Assembly (NCBI GenBank): GCA_001799285.1 | Contig: MGTD01000008.1 | Span: 3,699 to 67,698, forward strand | Direction of reading: 5' to 3' | Length of the DNA: 64,000 nucleotides | Source of the DNA: Deltaproteobacteria bacterium RIFOXYD12_FULL_56_24 | GTDB lineage: Bacteria > Desulfobacterota > Desulfobulbia > Desulfobulbales > Desulfurivibrionaceae | Shown: one piece after another, positions 38,794 to 49,007 of the stretch | Layout of the letters: every line of letters starts with the position of its first letter | Position numbering within the stretch: the stretch's first letter is position 1 | Made by a program: the position numbers and the translations under genes | Notes under the pieces: model-generated | What the model saw: the letters and a program-made list of their open reading frames with translations, nothing else | Database searches by the model: none | Told to the model about the DNA's origin: nothing

Positions 38794-41700
38794 ATGATAA
38801 ACATCGAGATCAACGGCTTGCAGATAGCCGCCGAAGAAGGGATCACCATCCTGGAGGCGGCAAAGCGAGCGGATATCCATATCCCGACCCTGTGCTATGT
38901 GAACAAGGGTACCTCGGACATCCCGTGTGAGCTCTGCGTGGTCAGCGTGGAAGGGCTGGAAAAGCCGGTGCGCTCTTGTGTAACCACGATCTGTGAAGGG
39001 ATGCGGATCAGCACCGAATCCAAGGAACTGCAGGCCAAGCGCACCGAGCGGTTGACCATTCTGATGGAGACCCATTTCGGCGATTGCAAGGCGCCCTGCA
39101 ACCTTACCTGTCCAGGGCAGATCAATGTGCAGGGCTACATTGCCCATGTGGCCAAGGGCCAGTACGAAGAGGCTCTGCGGTTGGTAATGGAGCGCAACCC
39201 TTTTCCCTTTTCCGTGGGGAGAGTGTGCCCCAGGTTCTGCGAGACCAGGTGCCGCCGGATTCTCGTGGATGAACCGGTGTCCATCAACCATCTCAAGCGC
39301 TTTGTCGCTGACTGGTGCATGGCCCACAAGATCGACCTGCGTATTCCCCGCGACCCGGCCACCGGCAAAAAGATCGCCGTTATCGGCGGTGGTCCTTCCG
39401 GCCTGACCGGTGCCTATTATCTTGCTCGCAAGGGCCATGATGTCACGGTGTTCGAGTCCTCGCCCAAACTCGGCGGCATGTTGCGCTACGGCATCCCCAA
39501 CTACAAGATTCCCCAGGACGTGCTTGATTACGAGATCAACACCATTTTGCGCATGGGGATCAATGTCCGCTTGAGCCAGAAGTGGGGCGAAGATTTCACC
39601 CTGCAATCCCTCAAGAATCAAGGCTACGAGGCCATCCTCATCGCCACCGGCACCCCGGTGGACGAGAGCCTGGATGTGCCGGGTTGCGCCCTGCCCAAGG
39701 TGATCCCGGCCACCAAGTTTTTGCGGGACATGTCCGAGGGTAAAGGCGGCAGCTACGGCAGCTCCGCGGTGGTTTTCGGCGGCAACAATATCGCCATGGA
39801 GGTTGCCCGCTCCTTGTTGCGTAAGGAGGTCAGCCAGGTAACGATCATTTATCCCCGGGCCCAGTCCGAGATGCCGGCCAACCAGCGCAATATCCGGGTG
39901 GCCGAGAAAGAAGGCGTCCAGTTTCTCCTCATGGCCTCGCCGGTGAATTTCCGGGATACCAATCACGGCATCGATGTGCAATTGATCCGCACCAAACTCG
40001 GAGAGCCGGACGAGAAAGGCATCCGCTACCCCGAAGCGATCCCCGGCTCCACGGTGAATATCCAGGCTGATACCGTCATTGTCGCGCAAGGCTTGAGCGC
40101 CTGTCGCGACAAGTTCGAGGGCGACCAACTGGAGGCTAGCCTGGAGCTGACTCCTAAATGCAACATTAAGGCCAATCCCAGAACGTCTCTGACCAACCAT
40201 CCCGGAATCTATGCGGCCGGGGATGTGACCAGCGGTCCCCGCACGGTGATTCAGGCCGTGGTCGCGGCCCGGCGGGCGGCGGAAAATATTCATGCCCAGG
40301 TCATGGGCCTTACCAACAAGACCGTGGCCGAAAGCCGCTTCAACTTCAGCCGGGGAAAGAGTTTTGATGATGTGGATCTGCGGAATTTTGAGGGGATCAA
40401 CATCAAGCTGCGGGAAAAGATGCCCACCAGACAGCCGCAGATCGCCACCCAGGATTTCGGCGAGATCAAGCTCGGCTTTTCGGAGCAAATGGCCATCACC
40501 GAGGCCAAACGTTGCCTGTCCTGCGGCTGTCGGGCCTTTGACCGTTGTGAACTGAAAAAACAGGCCATGGACTTCGGCCTGGATCCAAGCCGGACCGGGA
40601 TGGCGGCCAAGCCGACCTACATGGAAAAAATCAAGCATCCCATGATTCTGGTGGATCTGAACAAGTGCATCTATTGCAAGCGCTGTCAGAACAGCTGCGA
40701 ATATGATGCCCTGGAAATCAGCGCCGACGAGGTCGATGCCAAGGGCCGCCCCCTGGGGCTGCGTTTTCGCTTTAATGAAAAGTGCGTCAACTGCGGAGCC
40801 TGCGTGGATAATTGCTCTACCGGGGCGCTGAACAAGAAAGACGCCCTGGTGCCGGTGGTCAACGAACCCATCCGCGAGGTTCCCTCCACCTGCCCATACT
40901 GCGGGGCCGGCTGCCAGATCATCCTCAGGGTGAAGGGCAATACCCTGATGGAAGTCACCTCGGATCCGGATCTGGCGCCCAATTACGGGGCACTCTGCGT
41001 CAAGGGGCGGTTCGGGCATAATTTTGTCCAGCACAAGGATCGTTTAACCAAGCCCTTGATTCGCCTGGGCTCCCAATTGGTGGAGACAAGCTGGGAAGAG
41101 GCCCTGAATGTGGTGGCCAAGGGATTCTTCGATATCAAGGCCATGTACGGTCCTGATGCCATTTCCGGTTTCAGCTGTGCCCGGGCCAGCAACGAAGAAA
41201 ACTATCTGATGCAAAAATTCATGCGGACAGCGATCGGAACGAATAATATCGATCACTGCGCCCGACTCTGACACGCTCCCACGGTGGCCAGTCTGGCCCT
41301 CACCTTCGGCAGCGGCGCAATGACCAACTCCATTGCAGATACGAAAAAAACCGATCTCTTCTTCATGGTCGGCAGCAACCCGGACACCAGCCATCCGACC
41401 ATCGGCCTGCGCATTCATCAGGCCCTGGACCGGGGGGCGAAACTGATTGTGGTGGATCCCCGCCGGACCAGATTGGCCGAGCGGGCCGATCTCTGGCTGC
41501 GGATTCAGCCGGGGACCGATGTCGCCTTTTTAAACGGGATGATGCAGGTCATTATCGAGGAAGATCTCTGGGACAAGAAATTTGTCGAGGAGCGGACCGA
41601 GGATTTTGACGAGCTTGTCCGGCTGGTCAGGAAATACACCCCGGAGATGGTGGAGAAGATCACCGGCATTAACGAAGTCCAGCTGCGCCAGGCTGCCCGG

Positions 41701-42915
41701 ATGTATGCGGCGGAAGGGCGGCACGCTGCTTTCTGGGGCATGGGCATCACCCACTACGTCACCGGCACGGACCGGGTGAAATCCATCGCCGGCCTGACCA
41801 TGCTTTGCGGCAAGATCGGCAAGGAAGGCACCGGCTGCAATCCTCTCCGTGGCCAGAACAACGTGCAGGGCGCCTGTGACATGGGCGCCCTGTTCAATAC
41901 CCTTCCTGGCTACGGCGGCCTGGAAAACGATGAGCTCTTTGACCGGTATGAAAAGCTCTGGGGCATAAAACTGCCCCGGCGTCCCGGTAAACCGGCCACC
42001 GAGGTCTGGGATAATGTCTTCAAAGGTAATATCCGCGGTCTCTATATCTTTGGCGAAGATCCGGCCGTGGCTGATGCCAATATCGCCCATGTCCAGTCGG
42101 CCCTGGAAAAGGTCGATTTTCTGGTGGTTCAGGATATTTTCCTGACCGATACCGCGAAGATGGCCGACGTGGTATTGCCTGCCGCCTGCTACGCGGAAAA
42201 AGACGGCACCTTCACCTGCACCGAGCGGAGGGTCCAGCGGATTCGCAAGGCGGTTGAACCGCCGGGCGAGGCCAAGCCGGACTGGCAGATCATCTCCCAG
42301 CTTTCCCAGCGGATGGGCTATCCCATGCATTATAATTCCGCTTCGGAAATCTTTGACGAGATCTGCCAGCTACTGCCGCAGTACAAAGGGTTGTCCTATG
42401 AGCGGCTGGAAAAAGTCGGCCTGCAGTGGCCGGTGCCGGACCAGGATCATCCCGGCACTGAGATTTTGCATGTTGACACCTTCAGCCGGGGCAAGGGGCT
42501 GTTCATTCCGGAGGATTATTTCCCCCCGGTGGAATTGCCCGATGAGGATTATCCGCTGCTTTTCACCACCGGCCGCGATCTTGCCCGGTATAATTTCAGC
42601 AGCATGACCGGCAAGACCCCGGAGATCGACGAGGTCAGCCCGGAGTGTTTTGCCGAGGTGCATCCGCGTGATGCCGAGCGGTTGGGACTCAAGGAAAAAA
42701 ACTGGGTGCGGCTTACCTCGCGGCGCGGTTCGGTGCAGATGCGAGCCACCATCACCGACCGGACCCAGGAGGGCACCATCTTCAGCACCTATAATCATTT
42801 GCAGGCGCTGGTAAACATGCTTACCCTGGATGCACTGGATCGTCTTTCCCGGACTCCGGAGTACAAGCTGTGCGCCATCAAGGTTGCAGTTCTGGGAGAT
42901 GAGCTGCCGGAGTGA
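38794..42915 (+). CDS. fdhA: Selenocysteine formate dehydrogenase alpha subunit fused to N-terminal 2Fe-2S, GltD-like FAD/NAD(P) and 4Fe-4S domains (Sec at 41269-41271)
   Basis: ORFs 38740-41271 and 41284-42915 are in frame across TGA: NIDHCARL-U-HAPTVASLA, the Mo/W ligand position; GRVCPRFCE, GGGPSG, CPYCGAGC; no Tat signal. Confidence 0.9.
41283..41304 (+). promoter_or_regulatory. SECIS-like hairpin of fdhA
   Basis: GGTGGCCAGTCTGGCCCTCACC beginning 11 nt after the UGA. Confidence 0.75.
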
Positions 42916-42943
42916 TTTATATTTATAGGTGATATGTGGAAAT

Positions 42944-42973
42944 GTTGGGGTTCGCGGACTCACCCCAACCTAC
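42944..42973 (-). repeat. GTAG-type REP hairpin
   Basis: Minus strand GTAG-GTTGGGGT-GAGTCCGCGA-ACCCCAAC. Confidence 0.7.
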
Positions 42974-43024
42974 GCGATAAAGTTCAAACAACTGAGTAGT
43001 TACTTAATTTAATTGGAGTTTACG

Positions 43025-46000
43025 ATGGGACAAGCAGCAGATAAAAAATCAGGGACGGTCATGGTCGTCGGCGGCGGGATCGCCGGGGTCCAGGCGGCCC
43101 TTGATTTAACCGAGCTTGGCTACTATGTCTATCTGGTGGAAAAATCCGCGGCCATTGGCGGGGCCATGGCGCAGCTGGATAAAACCTTTCCTACCAATGA
43201 CTGTTCGCTTTGAATACTCGCGCCTAAGCTGGTAGAGGCCGGTCGGTCTCCCAATATCGAAATTTTAAGCAACGCCGATTTTCTTTCCCTCGAGGGAAAG
43301 CCGGGGAAGTTTACCGCCAAACTGCGGCTGCGCCCCCGTTATATCGATACGGACAAGTGTACGGCCTGCGGGCTGTGTACCAAATATTGCCCCAAGCATC
43401 TGGTGGATCCTTACAATGAGGGCTTGGCGGTTACCAGGCCGATCCACATCGACTATGCCCAGGCGGTGCCGGCCACCTATTATATCGATCCGGAGGCGTG
43501 CCTGTATCTCAAGCATGGCACCTGCCAGATCTGCGTCAGCTCCTGCCAGAGCAAGGCCATTGATTTCAGTCAGAAGGCGGAGGAAAAGGAGATCCGGATC
43601 GGTGCGGTGATCATGGCCCCGGGTTTTGGCCGCATTCCCGATGCAACCCTGGCCAAGTACAGTTATGGTCAGCATCCCGATGTGATGACCAGCCTGGAGT
43701 TCGAGCGGTTGCTCTGCGCCTCCGGCCCCTTCGAGGGCGAGGTCAAATGCCTCTCCGACCGAAGGCATCCCAAACGGATCGCCTTTATCCAGTGCGTTGG
43801 CTCTAGGGATCTGGGCTGTAACAACGGCTACTGCTCTTCGGTCTGCTGCATGTATTCCATCAAGGAGGCCATGGTTGCAAAGGAGCATGACCCCGAAGTG
43901 GAGATCACCATTTACTACATTGACATGCGGACCCAGGGCAAAGGCTTCGATGCGGCCCAGCAAAAGGCCGAGTCCATGGGAATCAAATTTGTCCGGGCTC
44001 GGGTGGCGGATGTCATGCCCTGGGAGAATAATCTGAAGCTCACCTACTCCACCCTGGACGGGATGCACCGCTTTGAACCCTACGATATTGTTGTGCTTTC
44101 CGTGGGCCTTGACGCCCCGGCCGATGCCAAAAATCTAGGCGAGATCGCCGGTTTTGCCCTGAATAACTACGATTTCTGCAAGACCGAGACCTTTGCCCCG
44201 CTGCTTACCAGCAGGCCGGGGGTTTATGTGGCCGGCGCCTTCCAGGGCCCCAAGGATATCCCGGAAAGCGTCACCCAGTCCAGCGCCGCCGCAGGTTTAG
44301 CAGCCGGACTGATCGCCAAGGATCGCGGCAAGGCTCTGGTGCACAAAACCTATCCGAAAGAACAGAAAACCGGCAAGGATGAAGAAGTCCGCATCGGGGT
44401 TTTTGTCTGCCATTGCGGGATCAACATCGGCAGCGTGGTCGATGTGCCGGCGGTGGAGCAGTACACCGAAGGCATGGAAGGTGTCGTCTACCATGCCCAG
44501 AGCATGTACAGCTGCTCCCAGGATGCCCAGGAGGTGCTCAAGGCCAAAATCAAGGAACACAATCTCAACCGGGTGGTCATTGCCGCTTGTTCTCCGAGAA
44601 CCCACGAGCCGCTCTTCCAGGAAACCCTGAAGGATGCGGGCCTGAATCGCTGTCTTTTTGAGATGGTCAATATCCGCGACCACTGCTCCTGGGTCCATGC
44701 CAACGAGCCTGCGGCCGCGACGGAAAAATCCAAGGATCTGGTGCGGATGGGCGTGGCCAAGGCTCGTCATATTCAGCCCCTTCCCGAACAGACCGTGCCG
44801 GTTACCGCCAAGGCCCTGGTCTTAGGCGGCGGAGTGGCAGGGCTGACCGCGGCCCTGACCCTTGCCGAGCAGGGCTTTCAGACCACGGTGGTGGAAAAAG
44901 AGGGTACCCTGGGCGGCCATCTCCAGCATCTTTCCTACACCCTGCAGGGCGACACGGTGAGCACGGTGTTGGGCGAACTGATTGACACCGTGAAAAAGAA
45001 TAAAAAGATCGAGCTGTTGACCAACACCGAACTGAGCCAGGTCAGCGGCTTTGTCGGCAACTTCAGCTCGGTGCTCACCACCAGCAAAGGTAAGAAGACC
45101 ACGGAGACCACTCTCGACCACGGGGTGATTATCATCGCCACCGGCGGCCGAGAGTATCGGCCCGAGGTGGTGCTGGACAACCCGATCAAGTATTCCGAGG
45201 CTATCGTTACCCAGCGCGAGCTGGAGCAGCGTCTGGCGGGCAAGGGCAAGAATCCGGCGCCCAAATCGGTGGTCATGGTGCAGTGCGCCGGTTCCCGTGG
45301 AGATGATCTCAACTACTGCAGCAAGGTCTGCTGCAATCATGCGGTGAAAAACGCCCTCAAGATCAAGGCCCTCGATCCGAGCGCCCAGGTGGTGGTGCTC
45401 TACCGCGACATGCGCACCTACGGCTTTGCCGAGGATGCTTACCGTCAGGCCAGGGAAAAAGGGGTGGTCTTCATCCCCTACACCATGGACAACAAACCGA
45501 AATTCAAGGGCAGCGGCAAGAAGACCAGCGTCACCTTTTTCGATCCGATCCTGCGCGACGAGGTCACCATGACCCCGGAGGTGCTGGCCCTGAGTGTCGG
45601 CATCGTGGCCGAAGGAACCGAAGAGTTGAGCAAGCTCTTGAAGATCCCGGTTAACGAAGACAAGTTCTTCCTTGAGGCCCACGTCAAGCTGCGCCCGGTG
45701 GAACTGCCGGTGAGCGGGGTTTATGTCTGCGGTCTGGCCCATTCGCCCAAGCCGGTGGAGGAGATTATCGTCCAGGCGCAGGCGGCGGCGGCCAAGGCAG
45801 CCATCCCGCTGAGCAAGGGCTTTGTTTCGGTGGAGCCCACCATCTCTTGCGTGGACAAGGAGGCCTGTATCGGCTGCGGCCTGTGCGAGTCGCTTTGCCC
45901 CTATCAGTCCATCCGGATCATCAAGGACGAAAACGGCAAGCGCAAGGCCGAGACCATCACCGCCTCCTGCAAGGGATGCGGTATCTGCGCTTCGCATTGC

Positions 46001-46078
46001 CCGGTCTTCGCCATTTCCATGGGCGGCTACACCGACGAACAGATCAACGCGCAAATCACCGCCTTTGGTGCAAAATAG
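43025..46078 (+). CDS. hdrA: Large HdrA-family flavoprotein with selenocysteine (Sec at 43211-43213)
   Basis: [16 protein letters not shown] replaces the Cys of the usual DCxxCI motif; reading frame continues open to 46078; two GGGxAG FAD motifs, QCVGSRD, VCHCG, ferredoxin motifs. Confidence 0.9.
43235..43250 (+). promoter_or_regulatory. SECIS-like hairpin of hdrA
   Basis: GAGGCC-GGTC-GGTCTC, 21 nt after the UGA. Confidence 0.55.
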
Positions 46079-46088
46079 AGGAGCAGTT

Positions 46089-46721
46089 ATGAGTCAGAAC
46101 GATTTCAACCCGAAGATCCTGGGTTTTCTCTGCAACTGGTGCTGCTATGCCGCAGCGGACAGTGCCGGGGTTTCCCGCTACCAGTATCCGCCGAATTTGC
46201 GGACCATCCGGGTGATGTGCACCGGGCGTCTCGATCCGGCTTTTGTCCTGCGGGGTTTTGCCGAAGGTGCCGACGGCATCTTCTCCGGTGGCTGACAACT
46301 CGGTGAATGCCATTACCAGGTTGGTAATTACGACGCGATGGGTGTGAGTGCATTGGTGAAAAAGGTTCTGGCCGAAGTCGGGATCAAGCCGGAGCGGTTT
46401 GGTCTGCAATGGGCCTCGGCGGCGGAGGCGCCGCGCTTTGTCAAATTGATCACCGATTTTACCATCAAGACCAGGGAGCTTGGCCCCATAGGCCAGGCGG
46501 AAGGGTTGAGCCCCGAAGAGCTGAAGATCCGGATTGACAAGGCCCTGGCCCTGGTTAGCGACCGCAAGCTGCGGATTGCCCTGGGTAACGCCACCAAGAC
46601 CATCCGCAAGGAGGCGAATTTTACCCAGGAATTCATCACCTCGGTGATCGAGGACAAGCTGGGCAAGGCCATCACTGCCGGATTGGCTGGCGGCGGGGCG
46701 GAGGCGGCTGGCAAGAAGTAA
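46089..46721 (+). CDS. mvhD: MvhD/FlpD 2Fe-2S subunit with selenocysteine (Sec at 46293-46295)
   Basis: PKILGFLCNWCCY, RVMCTGR, GADGIFSGG-U-QLGECHY; in frame with 46338-46721. Confidence 0.9.
46312..46328 (+). promoter_or_regulatory. SECIS-like hairpin of mvhD
   Basis: ATTACCA-GGT-TGGTAAT, 16 nt after the UGA. Confidence 0.6.
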
Positions 46722-46753
46722 CCAGCTGTAAAAAAATACGGGTAAGTTGTTTC

Positions 46754-46802
46754 AACGGGAGGCGCGGACAGTTATTTGCGCCTCCCGTTTTTTTTTTTTT
46801 TG
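46754..46802. terminator. Intrinsic terminator between convergent operons
   Basis: AACGGGAGGCGC-loop-GCGCCTCCCGTT plus long T run. Confidence 0.9.
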
Positions 46803-46893
46803 ATTACTGCGCCGGAATCCCGGCTATATCCGGGCTAGCCTTCTCAGATCCTGCAAGGTATTGCAGCGCCCGGTCTCAGCCAGACGGGGATCT

Positions 46894-47739
46894 TCATTCC
46901 GCCAGTTCCATGATCTTAAGTTGTCGCAGTTCGGTCAGGCTGAAAACCGGACCGTCCACGCAGGCCAGCTTACCGTCCATGTGACAGTGGCGGCAGATGC
47001 CCACCCCGCATTTCATGTGGCGCTCCATGGTAGTGAGCACCTGCTCGTCGCCAAAGCCCATGTCCGCCAGCTTGCCGAGCACCGCGCGAAACATCAGGGG
47101 CGGGCCGCAGACCAGGGCGGTGCTGCGGCTCGGCTCTTGCGGCAAGCCGTCCATCAGGGAAGTGACCAGCCCCACTGCGCCCTCCCATCCCGGTCCGGCC
47201 GCATCCACGGTGAGGCGGCAGTCCACCCCAAGTTGTCGCCACTGGCCAAGATCGGACTGAAAGGCGATGTCCGAGGGAGTGCGGCTGCCGTAGAGTACGG
47301 TGAGGGCGCCGAATTGCTCCCGCTGATCCAGGCAGGCGTTGATCACCGCCCGCAAGGGGGCCAGGCCGATGCCGCCGGCCACGAACAAAAGATCCCGTCC
47401 TTGCAGCTGTTGCATGGGAAATGGCCGCCCGTAAGGGCCGCGCAGGCCGATGGTGTCGCCGACCCGCAGCCGGTGCATGGCAAGGGTAAGCCTTCCTGCC
47501 CGCCGGACGCTGAGGTGGATGGTCCCCGGCCGGGTCGGCGTTGAGGAGATAGAGATGGGCGCCTCGCCGCAATGGGGCATGGAGACCAGCATGAACTGGC
47601 CGGGCTGGTAGCGGAAGGTCTCATTGAACAGGGGGGCGCAGAAGGTGAGGACAAAGGTGGAGATCTGGGAGTTCTCGATTTCGATCTGCTCCACCCTGGC
47701 TTGTCGGGGCAGGTAGATATCGGTAATGGTCCGCGGCAT
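46894..47739 (-). CDS. FAD/NAD(P)-binding subunit (AsrB/HydG/FlxA-like)
   Basis: PGQFMLV, GEAPISISS, RGPYG, VAGGIGLAPL, VCGPP, MKCGVGICRHC..CVDGPVF. Confidence 0.9.
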   Translation of the reverse strand: MPRTITDIYLPRQARVEQIEIENSQISTFVLTFCAPLFNETFRYQPGQFMLVSMPHCGEAPISISSTPTRPGTIHLSVRRAGRLTLAMHRLRVGDTIGLRGPYGRPFPMQQLQGRDLLFVAGGIGLAPLRAVINACLDQREQFGALTVLYGSRTPSDIAFQSDLGQWRQLGVDCRLTVDAAGPGWEGAVGLVTSLMDGLPQEPSRSTALVCGPPLMFRAVLGKLADMGFGDEQVLTTMERHMKCGVGICRHCHMDGKLACVDGPVFSLTELRQLKIMELAE

Positions 47740-47823
47740 AGTTTCTTTCCGGTTGAGTTGAGGGTGTTCGCTCCAGGGTAACTGATAGCGAGGTGGATCC
47801 CCGAAGGTAAAATGACTTCGGAA

Positions 47824-47933
47824 TTAAGCGGCCACAGGGTGCCGCAGGTTGCGGCAAGCGGGACGGCGATGCGTACATCAGGTACGTGAGCCGGCACGAT
47901 CGCCGCAAGATGTGGTGCCCTGTGACCGCTTAC
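47824..47933. repeat. Miniature inverted-repeat element, family C
   Basis: TAAGCGGCCACAGGG..CCCTGTGACCGCTTAC; its end provides the TAA stop of the AsrA-like gene. Confidence 0.88.
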
Positions 47934-48994
47934 GCTACAGGCTGTCCTTGGCAGGCGCGTTCCACGAAACGGACGATATCGGTGCCGCCGAAGCAGATCC
48001 CCACGCAACGACCGCAGCCCACGCAGCTCGGGCGGCCGGTTAGCCGCACGTCGTCGCGGAGTTTGTGCTCGAAGCGCTGGCGAATGGCACCGGTTTTAGT
48101 CTGCACCGGGTTGTGGCCACCGGCCATGGCGGTAAAACCGGCAAAGGTGCAGGCGTCCCAGTTTCGCAGCCGTTGGCCGCTTACGGCGTCACGTTGCTGG
48201 TCATAGATGGTGAAACAGGTGCAGGTGGGGCAGACGTAGGCGCAGCCGCCGCAGTCCTGGCAGCGCATGGAGAGATCTTCCCAGATCTGTTCCGGCACCG
48301 TGCCCGCCTCAAGCCGCCGGATGGCTTGATCCACATGCACCTGGCGACTGAAACGGCCGCGCGCCTCCAAAAAAGCCTGGTAGCGGGCGGCCCGGTCCTT
48401 GTTGTCGGCCGGGGAAAAAAAGCCCTGCCAGCGTTTGATCAGGGCATGGCCCGGCGCCCGACCGGTCTCCACCAGGAAGCGGTCACCCAGATCGGTGAGC
48501 TGCAGGTCGCTGCCCATCTCGATAAAGGGGCCGGAACCGGTGGCGTTGCAGAAGCAATTTGGGGAGGGAAAGTTGCAGTTGATTCCGATCAGCACCGAGC
48601 CATGGCGGCGGCGGAGGTAGAAGGGGTCCCGCTGCCGGCGAGAGAAAACCACATCCATGTAGAGAACCGAGGAGAGATCGCAGGGATGGACCCCGAAGTA
48701 GACCGTGGGCGGGATGGTTGCCTGGGTCGGGCGGAATTCGTAGCCCTCCGGGGTGATGGCATAGGTGGAAAGCTGCTCCTGCTGGGGCAAAAAAAACTGC
48801 TTGAGCGAGTTTTGCGGCGGCTCGGTCAGCTCGATCTCCACAGCGTCCAAGTCGTCGATCACCGTAAACAGCACATCTCCGTGGCGGTTGCGCACCGGCG
48901 CCACCAGGCGGTATTCCTTGATAAGCTTGCGCAGGAAACCCTTCAAGTGGTCCTTTTTGAGCAGGTGGCTGTCGGTGGTGTCGGCAGGAGGCAT
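47930..48994 (-). CDS. 4Fe-4S dicluster subunit (AsrA/HydB/FlxB-like)
   Basis: GVHPCD, CFC, CQDCGGCAYVCPTCTCF, WDAC, CVGCGRCVGIC. Confidence 0.88.
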   Translation of the reverse strand: MPPADTTDSHLLKKDHLKGFLRKLIKEYRLVAPVRNRHGDVLFTVIDDLDAVEIELTEPPQNSLKQFFLPQQEQLSTYAITPEGYEFRPTQATIPPTVYFGVHPCDLSSVLYMDVVFSRRQRDPFYLRRRHGSVLIGINCNFPSPNCFCNATGSGPFIEMGSDLQLTDLGDRFLVETGRAPGHALIKRWQGFFSPADNKDRAARYQAFLEARGRFSRQVHVDQAIRRLEAGTVPEQIWEDLSMRCQDCGGCAYVCPTCTCFTIYDQQRDAVSGQRLRNWDACTFAGFTAMAGGHNPVQTKTGAIRQRFEHKLRDDVRLTGRPSCVGCGRCVGICFGGTDIVRFVERACQGQPVA

Positions 48995-49007
48995 GACTTT
49001 TCCTTTT

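Noticed and set aside
38782-41034. Long antisense ORFs (e.g. 38782-41034, 26768-28684, 1861-3168, 35842-37155, 13234-14214)
   Set aside because: They mirror well-supported genes on the opposite strand, have no recognisable motifs, and are expected shadows in GC-rich coding DNA.
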